DNA of 64,000 nucleotides from Candidatus Poribacteria bacterium (lineage in GTDB: Bacteria > Poribacteria > WGA-4E > WGA-3G). Both the position numbers and the translations under genes were made by a program. Location of the stretch: the NCBI GenBank assembly GCA_965198235.1, contig OZ240248.1:1152001-1216000 (forward strand). The letters run 5' to 3'. Under the pieces are notes generated by a model. That model saw nothing but the letters and a program-made list of their open reading frames with translations, was not told where the DNA came from and made no database searches. Shown piece by piece: positions 1 to 10,206 of the stretch. Numbering within the stretch: position 1 is the first letter of the stretch; each line of letters opens with the position of its first letter.

Positions 1-163
1 TGCTCCTAATTTCTCGTTTTGGGTTAAGTCAACGTACAAGTTTCCATTCCGAGTCGCGACGTGACCAGAAACCTGCTCGGAATGAAATTAGGTTTCCTTA
101 AATGGCATAATTTGTCTTTGCTTTACATTTGGAGAGCAGTCCAGGAACCCATAAATTAAAAAT

Positions 164-520
164 ATGAGACACCTTGCGGTCGTTATCGTTATGATTATTG
201 TGTGGCTCAACGGCTTAATCTGGTTGGGGAAGCAGGTCGACCCGAGTACGAAGTATCAGTCAGAGGTTGAATACAAGTACGCTCGGTACTGCGCAGGATG
301 CCATGGAAACAATGGAGAGGGCAACGGACGTATCGGACGTTTCAAAAAATTGGATCCCGCAGACCTAACGGACAACAACCTTTGGGAGATGCACAGCGAT
401 GAGCAATTGCTGGATAGTATCAATACGGGGAAAGATGATATGCCAGCGTTTTACTATTACCTCAATGATGAGGAACAACGGGAGATACTCGCCTATATTA
501 AGGAGACGTTTCGTCCGTAA
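164..520 (+). CDS. Membrane-anchored monoheme cytochrome c
   Basis: N-terminal hydrophobic helix, CAGCH heme motif, distal MPAF Met ligand. Confidence 0.85.
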   Translation: MRHLAVVIVMIIVWLNGLIWLGKQVDPSTKYQSEVEYKYARYCAGCHGNNGEGNGRIGRFKKLDPADLTDNNLWEMHSDEQLLDSINTGKDDMPAFYYYLNDEEQREILAYIKETFRP

Positions 521-544
521 CTTGAAAACAGATCTTTAAAAATC

Positions 545-691
545 AGATTTCTAACTATGGGTCTCTGAGCTGTGCTCCATTACATTCCGCACAGGTTTCC
601 GGTTCAGTTTAAATCCTTTTCAAACCTTGAGCAGGTTTTTACTTTACTGAAAACCATCGTGGAACGATGCCCAGATTTGATAGTTTAAAAA
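545..691. mobile_element. MITE-like element with two imperfect inverted arms (family B)
   Basis: Left arm TTTCTAACTATGGG...TGCTCCATTACATTCCGC resembles 43905-43960; right arm AAACCATCGTGGAACGATGCCCAGATTTGATAGTTTAAAA resembles 14808-14860. Confidence 0.7.
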
Positions 692-765
692 TTTGTTTGC
701 ATCCTGAAACTTTGGGGTGTTAATATATTGCAGGCTAAATTTAAAGTATAAAGGAGAAACTAATT

Positions 766-1515
766 ATGAAAGTTTTAGTCGCTTTGCTTGTCTTTGGAAT
801 GCTGGCGAGTGTTGCGTTCGCAGGCAACATCACCGGCACCGTAATGTATGAAGGCGACGCACCCGCGCGTCCTGACTTGACAGCAACCAAGGACCAGCAT
901 TGTATTGACGCTGTAGCAGGCACAAAATCCGAGGCACTTGTTGTCTCAAAAGGGAAAGGTCTCAAGAACGTTGTCATTTACGCGCGCGTCCGCGGTGCCA
1001 AAGTTACTGTGCCAGATAAAAATCCCGTCATGGACCAGAAGGGATGCGCTTACTACCCGCACGTTCTCGCGGTTGTTGCCGGTTCTACCATCGATATTAC
1101 CTCCAGCGACCCAGTGGCGCACAACGTCCACTCCCACGCCAAAAAGAATGACGCGATAAACTATCAGATTCCGCAGCCCGGAAAAGCTATCCCACACAAA
1201 GTCGCCAAGGCTGAAGATATTAAGTTCACGTGCGATATCCACGCGTGGATGACCGGCTACATCGTCGCGGTTAATAGCAACTATTTTACGGTCACCGGTT
1301 ACAAAAATGCTGAGGACGGATGGCTCAGTTCAGGTGCGTATGAAAAATCAACGGATCCCGGCAATTATACAATCGCAGATGTGCCTGCTGGTACGGTCCG
1401 TGTCGTTGCATGGCATGAAGAACTCGGTTCAGCAAACAAAAAGGTTGAAGTTCCAGCGAGTGGCGATATTGCTGTAAACTTCACGAGTGCTGACTTTAAG
1501 AAACGCGCCAAGTAA
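766..1515 (+). CDS. Secreted cupredoxin-like / carboxypeptidase-regulatory-like domain protein
   Basis: Signal peptide, DQKGC, HNVH and CDIHAWM (type-1 Cu-like ligands); AAGGAG RBS. Confidence 0.8.
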   Translation: MKVLVALLVFGMLASVAFAGNITGTVMYEGDAPARPDLTATKDQHCIDAVAGTKSEALVVSKGKGLKNVVIYARVRGAKVTVPDKNPVMDQKGCAYYPHVLAVVAGSTIDITSSDPVAHNVHSHAKKNDAINYQIPQPGKAIPHKVAKAEDIKFTCDIHAWMTGYIVAVNSNYFTVTGYKNAEDGWLSSGAYEKSTDPGNYTIADVPAGTVRVVAWHEELGSANKKVEVPASGDIAVNFTSADFKKRAK

Positions 1516-1699
1516 TAGTTCGCAACAAATTCTATTAAAAGCCGCCGCGGGTCGGTGAATACCCGCCTTAATTTACAACAGAAAGAGGCGGCGTTCTTCC
1601 CCAAAGTAGTAGGGTCTTTAAAAGCCACACGCGGCTTTCTCCCTCCGTATGCCGTTCACAATGGATGCCTAAAGTTGGGGTGCCACGCCGGGATTTTTG

Positions 1700-3616
1700 A
1701 TGACGAAAATATCTAAAAAAAGGCTCTATCTCATACTTGGCTGTGTACTTATCGCTTATGCCGTGTTAGCCGTTGCGCCGGTGTTTGCACAGGACGCGAC
1801 CGAGGCTGAATATCGCACCTTCCCAAAGATTGGCAGCCGAAACGCAGCATGGATCGCTGCGCAACTCCACCTGTTATTCGGATCTTTTATTCTCGGTGTC
1901 CCGATGTTCGCCGTTATCATCGAATTTATCGGCTGGAAGACGAAGGACATGCGATACGATCGGATGGCGCAAGAGTTCATTAAACTCTGTATGGGTGCGT
2001 TTTCGACGACAGCCTTACTCGGTGGTGTTCTCGTCTTCATCCTCATCTGGTGTTACCCCAAAGTGATGACGAAGCTCAGTGGGATATTCGGACCGACGAT
2101 GATTTTTTACGTTGTCCTATTCTTCGGGGAAACCTTTACGCTTTACCTTTACTCCTACGGATGGGATAAGATGCAGGGACACCATAAAGGGTGGCATCTT
2201 TTCCTTGGTGTTCTCTTGAATGTGTTCGGCACTGCGATCATGTTCGTTTCTAACTCATGGTTGAGTTACCAAACCAGTCCTGCAACCCAATACGGTGTAC
2301 TATCTGAAGGAAGACGGAAATCTTGGATAGAGGAAAAATTGGCTGCAGATCCAGCACTCACGCCTGAAACCGCTATGGAGGGGGTCACAAGCCATACGAC
2401 AGTGCCGCTCCACAACGAGACAACAGGCGAGTTCATGGGGACCGTTTGGGATGCCGTCAACAATTTTACGTGGATGCCTGTTAATATCCACCGCCTCGTC
2501 GGGAACATCGCTTTCGGAGGATCGATTGTAGCGGCTTATGCCGCGTTCCGATTCCTCGTCGCCAAGACGAAAGAGGACAAAGCACACTACGATTGGATGG
2601 GCTATACTGGAAACTTCATCGCACTCTGCGGACTCATTCCACTGCCTTTCCTCGGCTATTGGCTCGGTAGAGAAATCTACATGTTCAATAACACGATGGG
2701 CATTAACATGATGGGGAGTCTGTTCTCTTGGCTATTTATTATTCAGGCAGTGATGATTGGTGTCCTGTTTATTGGGGCAAACTACTATCTTTGGTCAGGC
2801 ATGGGGCGGATTGAAGGGGCAGAGGTCTATGCGCGCTATCGTCCGTATATGATTACCGTTATCATTATCTGTGTTGCAATCTGGATGACGCCACGGACAC
2901 TCTCTAAGATCTCAAGTGCCAATGAACTGAGCGCGATGGGCGGTGCAAACCACCCACACCTCGGATTGTTCGGCTTGATGACTGCCAAAAATACGGCGGT
3001 TAACATCATTATTCTCACCACTTTCTTGAGTTTCCTATTTTATCGGCGTTCAGGCAAAATACCTACGGCGAGTTGGAAAAAGGTTGGCAATATCGCTATC
3101 TCTTCGGTCTTTTTCCTCGCGACTGTCTCAATTGTCGTTATCGGTATCGTCGGATTTACCGTTCCGACAGATTTACGGGTCAATATCCTTACGCCTTATC
3201 AGGTCCTGGTTGCGCTCGCTGTGATGGCAGTCGTAACAATCGTCGATATTTTTATGTACCGCAAGGCGACAACATCTGGCACCATTAAATGGGGAGAGAT
3301 GACAGATCGCTCACAATATGTGTTAATTCTTGTGGCAATTACGTTTACTTCCTTGATGGGACTGATGGGATACGCGCGCTCAGGGCTTCGAGAGGCGTGG
3401 CATATCTTCGGGGTCATGCAGGATACGTCTGCTGATGCCTTTACCCCGCTTCTCAGTGAGGCAGTGAATATGGTGGCAATCATCATGGTAGTCTTCTTTG
3501 CGCTCGTCGGGTTTATCTTCTGGCTCGGTTTGTGGGGCGAAAAGAAGAAGGAAGAGCCAGCAGCTATCACCGAACCAACTGTTGCTGCGGAAGGTGATTC
3601 AGAAACCCGCTCGTAA
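1700..3616 (+). CDS. Cytochrome bd-like oxidase subunit I (CydA-like, Nitrospira-type)
   Basis: Many TM helices; QLHLLFGSFILGVP, FFGET, NIHRLVGN and GYARSGLREAW align with CydA heme-ligand regions; no cydB nearby. Confidence 0.8.
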   Translation: MTKISKKRLYLILGCVLIAYAVLAVAPVFAQDATEAEYRTFPKIGSRNAAWIAAQLHLLFGSFILGVPMFAVIIEFIGWKTKDMRYDRMAQEFIKLCMGAFSTTALLGGVLVFILIWCYPKVMTKLSGIFGPTMIFYVVLFFGETFTLYLYSYGWDKMQGHHKGWHLFLGVLLNVFGTAIMFVSNSWLSYQTSPATQYGVLSEGRRKSWIEEKLAADPALTPETAMEGVTSHTTVPLHNETTGEFMGTVWDAVNNFTWMPVNIHRLVGNIAFGGSIVAAYAAFRFLVAKTKEDKAHYDWMGYTGNFIALCGLIPLPFLGYWLGREIYMFNNTMGINMMGSLFSWLFIIQAVMIGVLFIGANYYLWSGMGRIEGAEVYARYRPYMITVIIICVAIWMTPRTLSKISSANELSAMGGANHPHLGLFGLMTAKNTAVNIIILTTFLSFLFYRRSGKIPTASWKKVGNIAISSVFFLATVSIVVIGIVGFTVPTDLRVNILTPYQVLVALAVMAVVTIVDIFMYRKATTSGTIKWGEMTDRSQYVLILVAITFTSLMGLMGYARSGLREAWHIFGVMQDTSADAFTPLLSEAVNMVAIIMVVFFALVGFIFWLGLWGEKKKEEPAAITEPTVAAEGDSETRS

Positions 3617-3655
3617 TGAAATGGAGAGCGGAGCGAAAACTTAATAGTTAAAAAT

Positions 3656-5167
3656 ATGTCAAGAAATACACTCATAAAAATTGCGAGTCTAATCCTAATG
3701 GTGGTGAGTTTCATCGCCTATATTGCGGGTGCATCCGCATTTCCGATTGCCTCGGAGAACTTGCTACCGTGGTCGGTCTGGTTTCTGATTTCAGTGATCG
3801 TAAACATCGTTTTGTGGTCGAGCGTCATGAAGTTGTTGACGTTTTCGCTTGCCGTGATATGGTTTTACGCCTTTGTCGCGGGCCTTGTCCCGGAAAGTTC
3901 TACGGCAGTAAACCTGACTGAGCTGGATTGGAGCGACCCAGACGCAGTTGCGGAGCAGGGTGCCTTGGTGTTTAACGGCAAAGGTCAATGTAGCGCGTGT
4001 CATACCGTCGATACCTCCGCACCGAAAGGGAGATGTCCCGATCTTACAGACATCGGCATTAACGCCGCCAGCCGCGTCCCTGGTATGGAGGCAAAAGCCT
4101 ATCTCATTGAATCGCTTTACGAACCCGCCAAATATCTTGTCCCCGGATACGGCAAGATTATGCCAGAGATATGGAAAGCCCCCATCGCGCTCTCTAAATT
4201 AGAGATTGAAGCAGTTATCGCCTATCTCCAGAGTCAAGGCGGCGAAATTGATCCCACTCCGTTTGATGAGCCTATAGACCGCGCAGACACCGCAACCGCC
4301 GCTGCAGCACTTCCACCCCTGCTCACCGGTGACCCAGATATGGGTAAAAAAGTTTTTGTGACTGCCGCATGTATCTCATGCCATGTAGTACAAGGTATAG
4401 AAAGTCCGGCAGCGGGTGAAACCGATACAGATTTTGAAGTCGTCACTGCGCCTGAACTCTCCGAAATAGCTGCGTTTAATGACATGCGCTACCTTGAGGA
4501 GTCAATCCTGAAACCCAGCGCACAAATTGTCAGCGGTTACGGTGCCGTTACCGTCCGTGCCAACGGGACGACCTTGCAAGGAACACTTGTTTCGCAGGAT
4601 ACAGAACAGATTATCGTCCGAACCAAAACAGCCGATGGCGTGGAAGAAGAGCACACCCTCTTGCTGAGCGAGCTTGATGATGAACCGATTGAGGATCTCA
4701 CGAATCTGCAAGCGAACGGCTATTTTACGTTGACACTAACGCCTGTGGATGCGGATACTCCGGTAAGCGGTGAAATCGTTTCGGAAACTGATGACACCGT
4801 GACGCTTAAGGTCGACGGCGAAAATCGGACATTTTCTAAAACAGATGTGAAAAGCCAAATGACCGTTATCACTTTTGATGATGATGAAATTGTTGGCGAA
4901 TACGTTTCAGGCACGATGGACGACGACGAAATCGTTCTAATGGTTGACGGGAGCGAAGAGGTATTTGATACATTTGATTTAAACGAAGCTACTTTTACCC
5001 GTGCCTTTGGCAAAAAGTTGTTCGTTACATCGCCGATGCCCGAAAACTTTCCGATGCTGTTATCGGTATTGGATATGAGTAATTTGCTCTCTTTCTTAAG
5101 CACACTCACTGGGGCAACAGCGGAAGCAGCTTCTGAAGGGGCAGCGGAGGGAACTCCCGCGGAATAA
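3656..5167 (+). CDS. Membrane-bound diheme cytochrome c with large acidic insertion
   Basis: Three N-terminal TM helices, CSACH and CISCH, YLIESLYEP / YLEESILKP motifs. Confidence 0.85.
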   Translation: MSRNTLIKIASLILMVVSFIAYIAGASAFPIASENLLPWSVWFLISVIVNIVLWSSVMKLLTFSLAVIWFYAFVAGLVPESSTAVNLTELDWSDPDAVAEQGALVFNGKGQCSACHTVDTSAPKGRCPDLTDIGINAASRVPGMEAKAYLIESLYEPAKYLVPGYGKIMPEIWKAPIALSKLEIEAVIAYLQSQGGEIDPTPFDEPIDRADTATAAAALPPLLTGDPDMGKKVFVTAACISCHVVQGIESPAAGETDTDFEVVTAPELSEIAAFNDMRYLEESILKPSAQIVSGYGAVTVRANGTTLQGTLVSQDTEQIIVRTKTADGVEEEHTLLLSELDDEPIEDLTNLQANGYFTLTLTPVDADTPVSGEIVSETDDTVTLKVDGENRTFSKTDVKSQMTVITFDDDEIVGEYVSGTMDDDEIVLMVDGSEEVFDTFDLNEATFTRAFGKKLFVTSPMPENFPMLLSVLDMSNLLSFLSTLTGATAEAASEGAAEGTPAE

Positions 5168-5397
5168 CAAATAACGAATCGTGCTACGGTGAACGTAGTC
5201 CCATACCGTCGCTGGCGAGGAGTGCATCCTCGCTCTGTAATGTCCAAGTAAAGGATTTTCTTTTAATTGCTTGAAAAGTTTCAAATCCAGTCTCAAATTA
5301 ACCAAAAGCCTGCCTGAAATGAAATTATGCCTTAAATGGCATAATTTGTCTTTGCTTTACATTTGGAAGGCAGAGCAGAAACTTAATAATTAAAAAC

Positions 5398-6174
5398 ATG
5401 AAAAGACTGTCGCTCTTCACAATATGTCTCATAATTCTGGTTGGTTCTTGGGCACTTCTGCGGTTCTTCGTTGGAGGTGTCGTCTCAGTGCCTATACCGG
5501 GCAGCGTGATTGCGATGTATATGGGGTTGATTATAATCGCTATCTTGGTGCATATCTCCGTTGAGGACTCACTCTTTCGAGAATTTCTGCGCCCCATCCA
5601 TGAAACACTCATCGATGACAATCGCCGTGTCCGCCGCCGTGTTATCGCAGTGTTAATCCCGCTGTTCTTACTCGGTTATACCTATTCGATTATCGCACAA
5701 CGGACGAACCCGCCTGGGAATCCGCGTGATGCCCATCCATCACCACCCCTTGAATTAACCCATAAGGATGAAGTTATCGGCACCATGCAAGAGGTCGAAA
5801 ACCCCTTTCGCCACTATGAAAAGGACGATCCAGAAGCGTTCAAAGCGCACGTTGAAAACGGCAGGCGCGTCTACTACCAGAACTGCTTTTACTGCCATGG
5901 AGATCATTTGGATGGACAGGGGCACTTTGCGACTCACCTCCAACCGATTCCTGCTAATTTCCAAGATCCGGGGATTATCCCTAACTTCCAGGAGTCTTTC
6001 CTGTTCTGGCGAATAGCCAAGGGCGGACCGGGATTACCGGCAGCGGGGACACCTTGGGATTCAGCGATGCCTATCTGGGAGAACTACTTGACAAAAGACG
6101 AAATTTGGGACGTGATTCTCTTTCTATCCGATTACACCGGTTATCAGCCACGAACCTTTGGGGAGGGACACTAA
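5398..6174 (+). CDS. Membrane-bound monoheme cytochrome c
   Basis: Three TM helices, CFYCH, SAMP distal Met. Confidence 0.85.
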   Translation: MKRLSLFTICLIILVGSWALLRFFVGGVVSVPIPGSVIAMYMGLIIIAILVHISVEDSLFREFLRPIHETLIDDNRRVRRRVIAVLIPLFLLGYTYSIIAQRTNPPGNPRDAHPSPPLELTHKDEVIGTMQEVENPFRHYEKDDPEAFKAHVENGRRVYYQNCFYCHGDHLDGQGHFATHLQPIPANFQDPGIIPNFQESFLFWRIAKGGPGLPAAGTPWDSAMPIWENYLTKDEIWDVILFLSDYTGYQPRTFGEGH

Positions 6175-6176
6175 AA

Positions 6177-7889
6177 ATGAGAAACAGAAATGTGATTTCC
6201 CTCCTGATGCTGATTTTGGTGATGCTGTGTGCTGTTATGTTAGCGCACGCACAGAACGCTCCAGAAGCTTCTGAGAAAGGGAAAAAGGTATATGAGCAGA
6301 GTTGTGCACATTGCCACGGTACTGAAGGGAGAGGCGATGGTTCCGCCGCTGAGAATCTCCTTCCAAAACCGAGGGACTTCACACGCGGCTTGTATAAGAT
6401 TCGTTCTACAGAGAGTGGTCAACTCCCGACGGATCAAGATCTCTTTGACATTATTACCATAGGGATGCCCGGATCGTCAATGCCAGAGTGGGAAACTGCC
6501 CTAAGTGCCGATGAGCGCTGGGAAGTGGCGGCATATATCAAGACCTTCTACGATGAGTTTAAAGAGAGTGAAACACCACCACGGGAAATTAGTCTGGAAG
6601 ATAAAATTTCTTACTCTGAACAGAGCGTAGAGACCGGAAAGGGGCTTTATACTGAACTCGGTTGTATTGAATGCCACGGTAACGTTGGACGAGGTGACGG
6701 CACGTCCGCCCCTACACTGACGGATGAATGGGGCTTCCAGACATGGCCCGCAAATCTAACCCAAAGTTGGAATTTCCGAGGGGGTGCTGACACCGAAGAC
6801 ATTTTCAAACGATTCATCGGCGGGATCGCCGGTTCACCTATGCCCGCATTTGAAGGGGATAGTTTCCTGCATTTCGGATTGACAGTCGAAGAATCCAAAC
6901 GCCTCACCGAATTGGAAAACAAAGACGAAATGACGGAAGCAGAGGAAGAGGAATCCGGACAGTTTTACGAAAAAATGGATGCCGCTGTTGACTTTGCGCT
7001 CAATCGCACAGAAGGCATAGAGTTGACTGCAGCTGAGCAGCAGACGTATGATGACGCGATGAAGATCGTCTATGAAAAAAGTTGGCATTTGGCGAACTAC
7101 GTTAAATCGCTCGCGCCTGAAAAACGTCCCGAACCCGCGATTGGAAATAACGCTCTTCGCTCACAATACGTTCAAGGTGAGTTACCGTCAATGGACGATA
7201 CCGCGTGGGAAACGCTGCAAGCTGGGCACTTCCCGCTTGTTGGTCAGGTAGTCATCGAACCTCGACAGTTTAACCCAACAATTGACGCTGTGGACATCAA
7301 ATCGTTTTACAATGATACGGAGGTCGCGTTTATTTTCACGTGGGATGATCGGACACACACGACTGGCGACGAAGCCGACGAGACGACAGGGAAGCCCCTT
7401 GAGGACGCGTTGGCGATTCAATTTCCGGTGAAGGTGCCACAAGGTCCGACCGCGCCGAAACCTTATTTCTTGTGGGGCGGTAGGCTACCGGTCTATCTGT
7501 GGCAGTGGAAAGCTTCTGTACCTGAGCAGGTAACCGAGCTCACCGCTAAGGGGATCAGCAATGCCGAAGTTCAGGAAGCACAAGGCGAACTACAAATACA
7601 AGCCATCTACACGGAGGGGCAATACAAATTGTGGGTGAAACGTGCCTTGAAGACCGATGACAAGAAAGACTTACAACTTGAACCTGGTGTTTTTGTGCCG
7701 ATTGCCTTCTCCGCATGGGATGGCGCGAACGGCGATCTTGACACAAAACGGGCCATGTCCAGTTGGTATACTTTCGTACTTGAACCCATTCCGTCTTCAA
7801 GACGGTTCGTTTATCCGCCTTTGATTGCGGTTCTCTCTCTCGGTTTGCTCTTCGGTTTACGGGCAGTCGTACAGCGGAGAAATGCATAA
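6177..7889 (+). CDS. Diheme cytochrome c fused to an ethylbenzene-dehydrogenase-gamma-like (DOMON) domain with C-terminal anchor
   Basis: Signal peptide from ATG 6177, CAHCH and CIECH, PRDFT, FTWDD...DALAIQFP...IAFSAWDG. Confidence 0.8.
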   Translation: MRNRNVISLLMLILVMLCAVMLAHAQNAPEASEKGKKVYEQSCAHCHGTEGRGDGSAAENLLPKPRDFTRGLYKIRSTESGQLPTDQDLFDIITIGMPGSSMPEWETALSADERWEVAAYIKTFYDEFKESETPPREISLEDKISYSEQSVETGKGLYTELGCIECHGNVGRGDGTSAPTLTDEWGFQTWPANLTQSWNFRGGADTEDIFKRFIGGIAGSPMPAFEGDSFLHFGLTVEESKRLTELENKDEMTEAEEEESGQFYEKMDAAVDFALNRTEGIELTAAEQQTYDDAMKIVYEKSWHLANYVKSLAPEKRPEPAIGNNALRSQYVQGELPSMDDTAWETLQAGHFPLVGQVVIEPRQFNPTIDAVDIKSFYNDTEVAFIFTWDDRTHTTGDEADETTGKPLEDALAIQFPVKVPQGPTAPKPYFLWGGRLPVYLWQWKASVPEQVTELTAKGISNAEVQEAQGELQIQAIYTEGQYKLWVKRALKTDDKKDLQLEPGVFVPIAFSAWDGANGDLDTKRAMSSWYTFVLEPIPSSRRFVYPPLIAVLSLGLLFGLRAVVQRRNA

Positions 7890-7896
7890 GAATAAC

Positions 7897-8022
7897 TATG
7901 GTAAAACCCACAATTATTTGGGCACGTGGGAGGGGTTTGCAACCCCGATTGGGGTCGGGCTTACAAAGCCCTCCTACAAAGACGACCGGAGAAGTGTCTA
8001 CTTATTTCTAGGGTTTACCATA
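7897..8022. mobile_element. MITE-like element (family F) with nested inverted REP pair
   Basis: Ends TATGGTAAAACCC / GGGTTTACCATA; inside GTGGGAGGGGTTTGCAACCCCGA and an inverted copy; same end type at 26428-26542 and 31019-31150. Confidence 0.7.
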
Positions 8023-8159
8023 ATAACGAATAATCAATCCTCAGTTATCAGTTCCAGGATAAGAGGTACTTTAACTTTAACCATCAACTCGTCTACAGAT
8101 ATTTGTGCTAAAGCACGAGTTGATGGTTAAAACCGATAACTACTCATAAAGGAGAAAAA

Positions 8160-8942
8160 ATGAAAACCTATCTTTTGCCAAGTCTCGCTATACTTCTCGC
8201 GTGCTGTTATGTCAGTAGTGCTTTTGCGGCTGATAGCGATGCAGGCGAAATGGAAATGTTAGTATTTCCGGATTCCTATGCTGCTGGGAGCGTTAGCGGT
8301 GGCGGCACAATTAGCGGCGTAGTGACGTTTGAAGGCGACGTGCCTGAGATGAAAATGCTGGAAATCACCAAAGACCAGGCGATCTGTGGTGCTACCGAAA
8401 AGTATGATGAATCGGTTGTCGTCAGTGAAGGCAACGCTTTAAAAAATACGATTGTCTACCTAATCGACATTTCAAAAGGCAAAAATTTTGACAAAACAGC
8501 CAAACCCGAAATCGACCAAAAGGGCTGCAATTTTAATCCGCATGTTCAAGTTATCCCAGTCGGTACCCGGTTAACAATGCTCAATAACGATAAAGTTAAT
8601 CACAACGTTCATATCTTCAGCAGTATCAATAAACCGGTTAACAAGCAGCAGACGAAAAACCGTAAGAAAATGCGGCTTGCTGGTATGAAGAAAGCGGAGG
8701 GTCCCGTCCCCGTCAAATGTGACATTCACGGATGGATGTCCGCTTGGATCGCTTACGTACCGCATCCGTATTTTGCTGTGACGAATGAAAAGGGTGAATT
8801 CACACTTGAAGATGTGCCCGCAGGCACCTATAAACTCGGTTATTGGCATGAGGCATGTGGAACGAATAGCGGTTCTCCCGCTTCTGTTACCATAGAAGCT
8901 GGCGGCACCGTCACACAGGATTTCACGCTAAAACTTAAGTAG
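8160..8942 (+). CDS. Secreted cupredoxin-like protein, paralog of 766..1515
   Basis: Signal peptide, DQKGC, HNVH, CDIHGWM, WHE. Confidence 0.8.
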   Translation: MKTYLLPSLAILLACCYVSSAFAADSDAGEMEMLVFPDSYAAGSVSGGGTISGVVTFEGDVPEMKMLEITKDQAICGATEKYDESVVVSEGNALKNTIVYLIDISKGKNFDKTAKPEIDQKGCNFNPHVQVIPVGTRLTMLNNDKVNHNVHIFSSINKPVNKQQTKNRKKMRLAGMKKAEGPVPVKCDIHGWMSAWIAYVPHPYFAVTNEKGEFTLEDVPAGTYKLGYWHEACGTNSGSPASVTIEAGGTVTQDFTLKLK

Positions 8943-9120
8943 CAGTCGGTAGTCAGCATGCTTCGCAGTGAGAACTATCAGTAGGGCACCTTGTGCCAGG
9001 CATGTTTGCGATAACCGCCACAAATACCTGATGGTTCCCGAAAGCCGATGGCTGATAGCCAATACGCATACACGGTTACCTTGAATGCAACAGCATCTCT
9101 TTGCTGATAGCCGAAAGCCG

Positions 9121-10056
9121 ATGGCTGATGGCCAATACGCCGACAGCCGAATTGAGGTAGAAAATCTTTCGCATTCATATCAGACACGACGCGCGCTTGA
9201 CAATGTCAGTTTTAGCGTCTCATGCGGCGAGATTTTCGGGCTTCTGGGACCGAACGGGAGTGGGAAAACAACCCTTTTTAAGATTCTGTCCACACTGATG
9301 CCGATAACGTCCGGCACTGTTCGTATCCTCGGATATGACTTGACCGCTGAGGTGAAGGCGGTTCGGGATCTCTTAGGTGTTGTTTTTCAACACCCAGGAC
9401 TGGATGGCAAGCTCACCGTCGTCGAAAATTTACGGCACCATGGGCACCTCTATGGACTTGCTGGCAAAACGCTGCGTCACCGAATTTCGGAACTCCTCGA
9501 ATGTTTTGGCATCACGGACAGGGCGACGGAACGTGTTGAACGCCTATCCGGCGGTTTACAAAGGCGGGTTGAAATCGCAAAAGCTTTGCTCCATTCTCCT
9601 CGCGTTCTACTCCTTGACGAACCAACGAGTGGGTTGGATGTAGTTGTACGCCGGCAACTCAATGACTATCTCGGTGCACTCGCGGACACAGAAAATATCC
9701 TCGTTCTGCTTACGACGCATCTGTTAGAGGATGCTGAGGCGTGCAACAGGGTAGGTATTCTGGATTCAGGCAAGTTGGTCGCTCTCGGAGTACCTGATGA
9801 ACTCAAGGCACAAGTCGGTGGTGATGTTATTATCATAGAAAGTGGAAATCGTGAAACACTTTCTGGGGCTATTGCTAAGAGATTCGGCGTTTCGCCGGTG
9901 TTGACTGGTAATCAGCTTCGTGTTGAATGTGAGCGGGGACATGAGTTCGTCCGGAACGTGGTTGCCGCGTTTCCAGATGAGATTCAATCGGTTCGATTTG
10001 GGAGACCGACACTGGAGGACGTATTCATAAAATTGACAGGCAATCCATTCGTGTAG
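9121..10056 (+). CDS. ABC transporter ATP-binding protein (ABC-2 type)
   Basis: Walker A GPNGSGKT, LSGG signature, LLDEPT; start uncertain because it lies in repeats. Confidence 0.9.
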   Translation: MADGQYADSRIEVENLSHSYQTRRALDNVSFSVSCGEIFGLLGPNGSGKTTLFKILSTLMPITSGTVRILGYDLTAEVKAVRDLLGVVFQHPGLDGKLTVVENLRHHGHLYGLAGKTLRHRISELLECFGITDRATERVERLSGGLQRRVEIAKALLHSPRVLLLDEPTSGLDVVVRRQLNDYLGALADTENILVLLTTHLLEDAEACNRVGILDSGKLVALGVPDELKAQVGGDVIIIESGNRETLSGAIAKRFGVSPVLTGNQLRVECERGHEFVRNVVAAFPDEIQSVRFGRPTLEDVFIKLTGNPFV

Positions 10057-10092
10057 AGGAAGGATAGGGAAAATTAAAAGAATCCAAAACTG

Positions 10093-10206
10093 CAAGCCCG
10101 TAACATTGTCCCGCAAGCCTCTATAGGCTTGCACTGGGAGGGCGGATCTACGGAGAGGTAGGTGTATGCTTAACCCACCTCAACGAACCGCAAGGAAAAT
10201 TAAAAA
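10093..10206 (+). repeat. Family A start-site element carrying a nested 26-nt palindrome
   Basis: AGCCCGTAAC...GGAGGGCGGATCTACGGAGAGG...GAACCGCAAGGAAAATTAAAAA; contains the ATG of the permease gene. Confidence 0.8.

Noticed and set aside
1516-1696. Possible riboswitch upstream of the bd-like gene
   Set aside because: Only short hairpins (GCGGGT/ACCCGC); no recognisable aptamer consensus
1700-7889. Calling the cluster a nitrite or manganese oxidation system
   Set aside because: No molybdopterin catalytic subunit or porin-cytochrome conduit in the window; similarity to Nitrospira clusters does not establish substrate
7825-8130. 101-aa ORF
   Set aside because: Reads through a MITE and REP pair and overlaps the upstream gene
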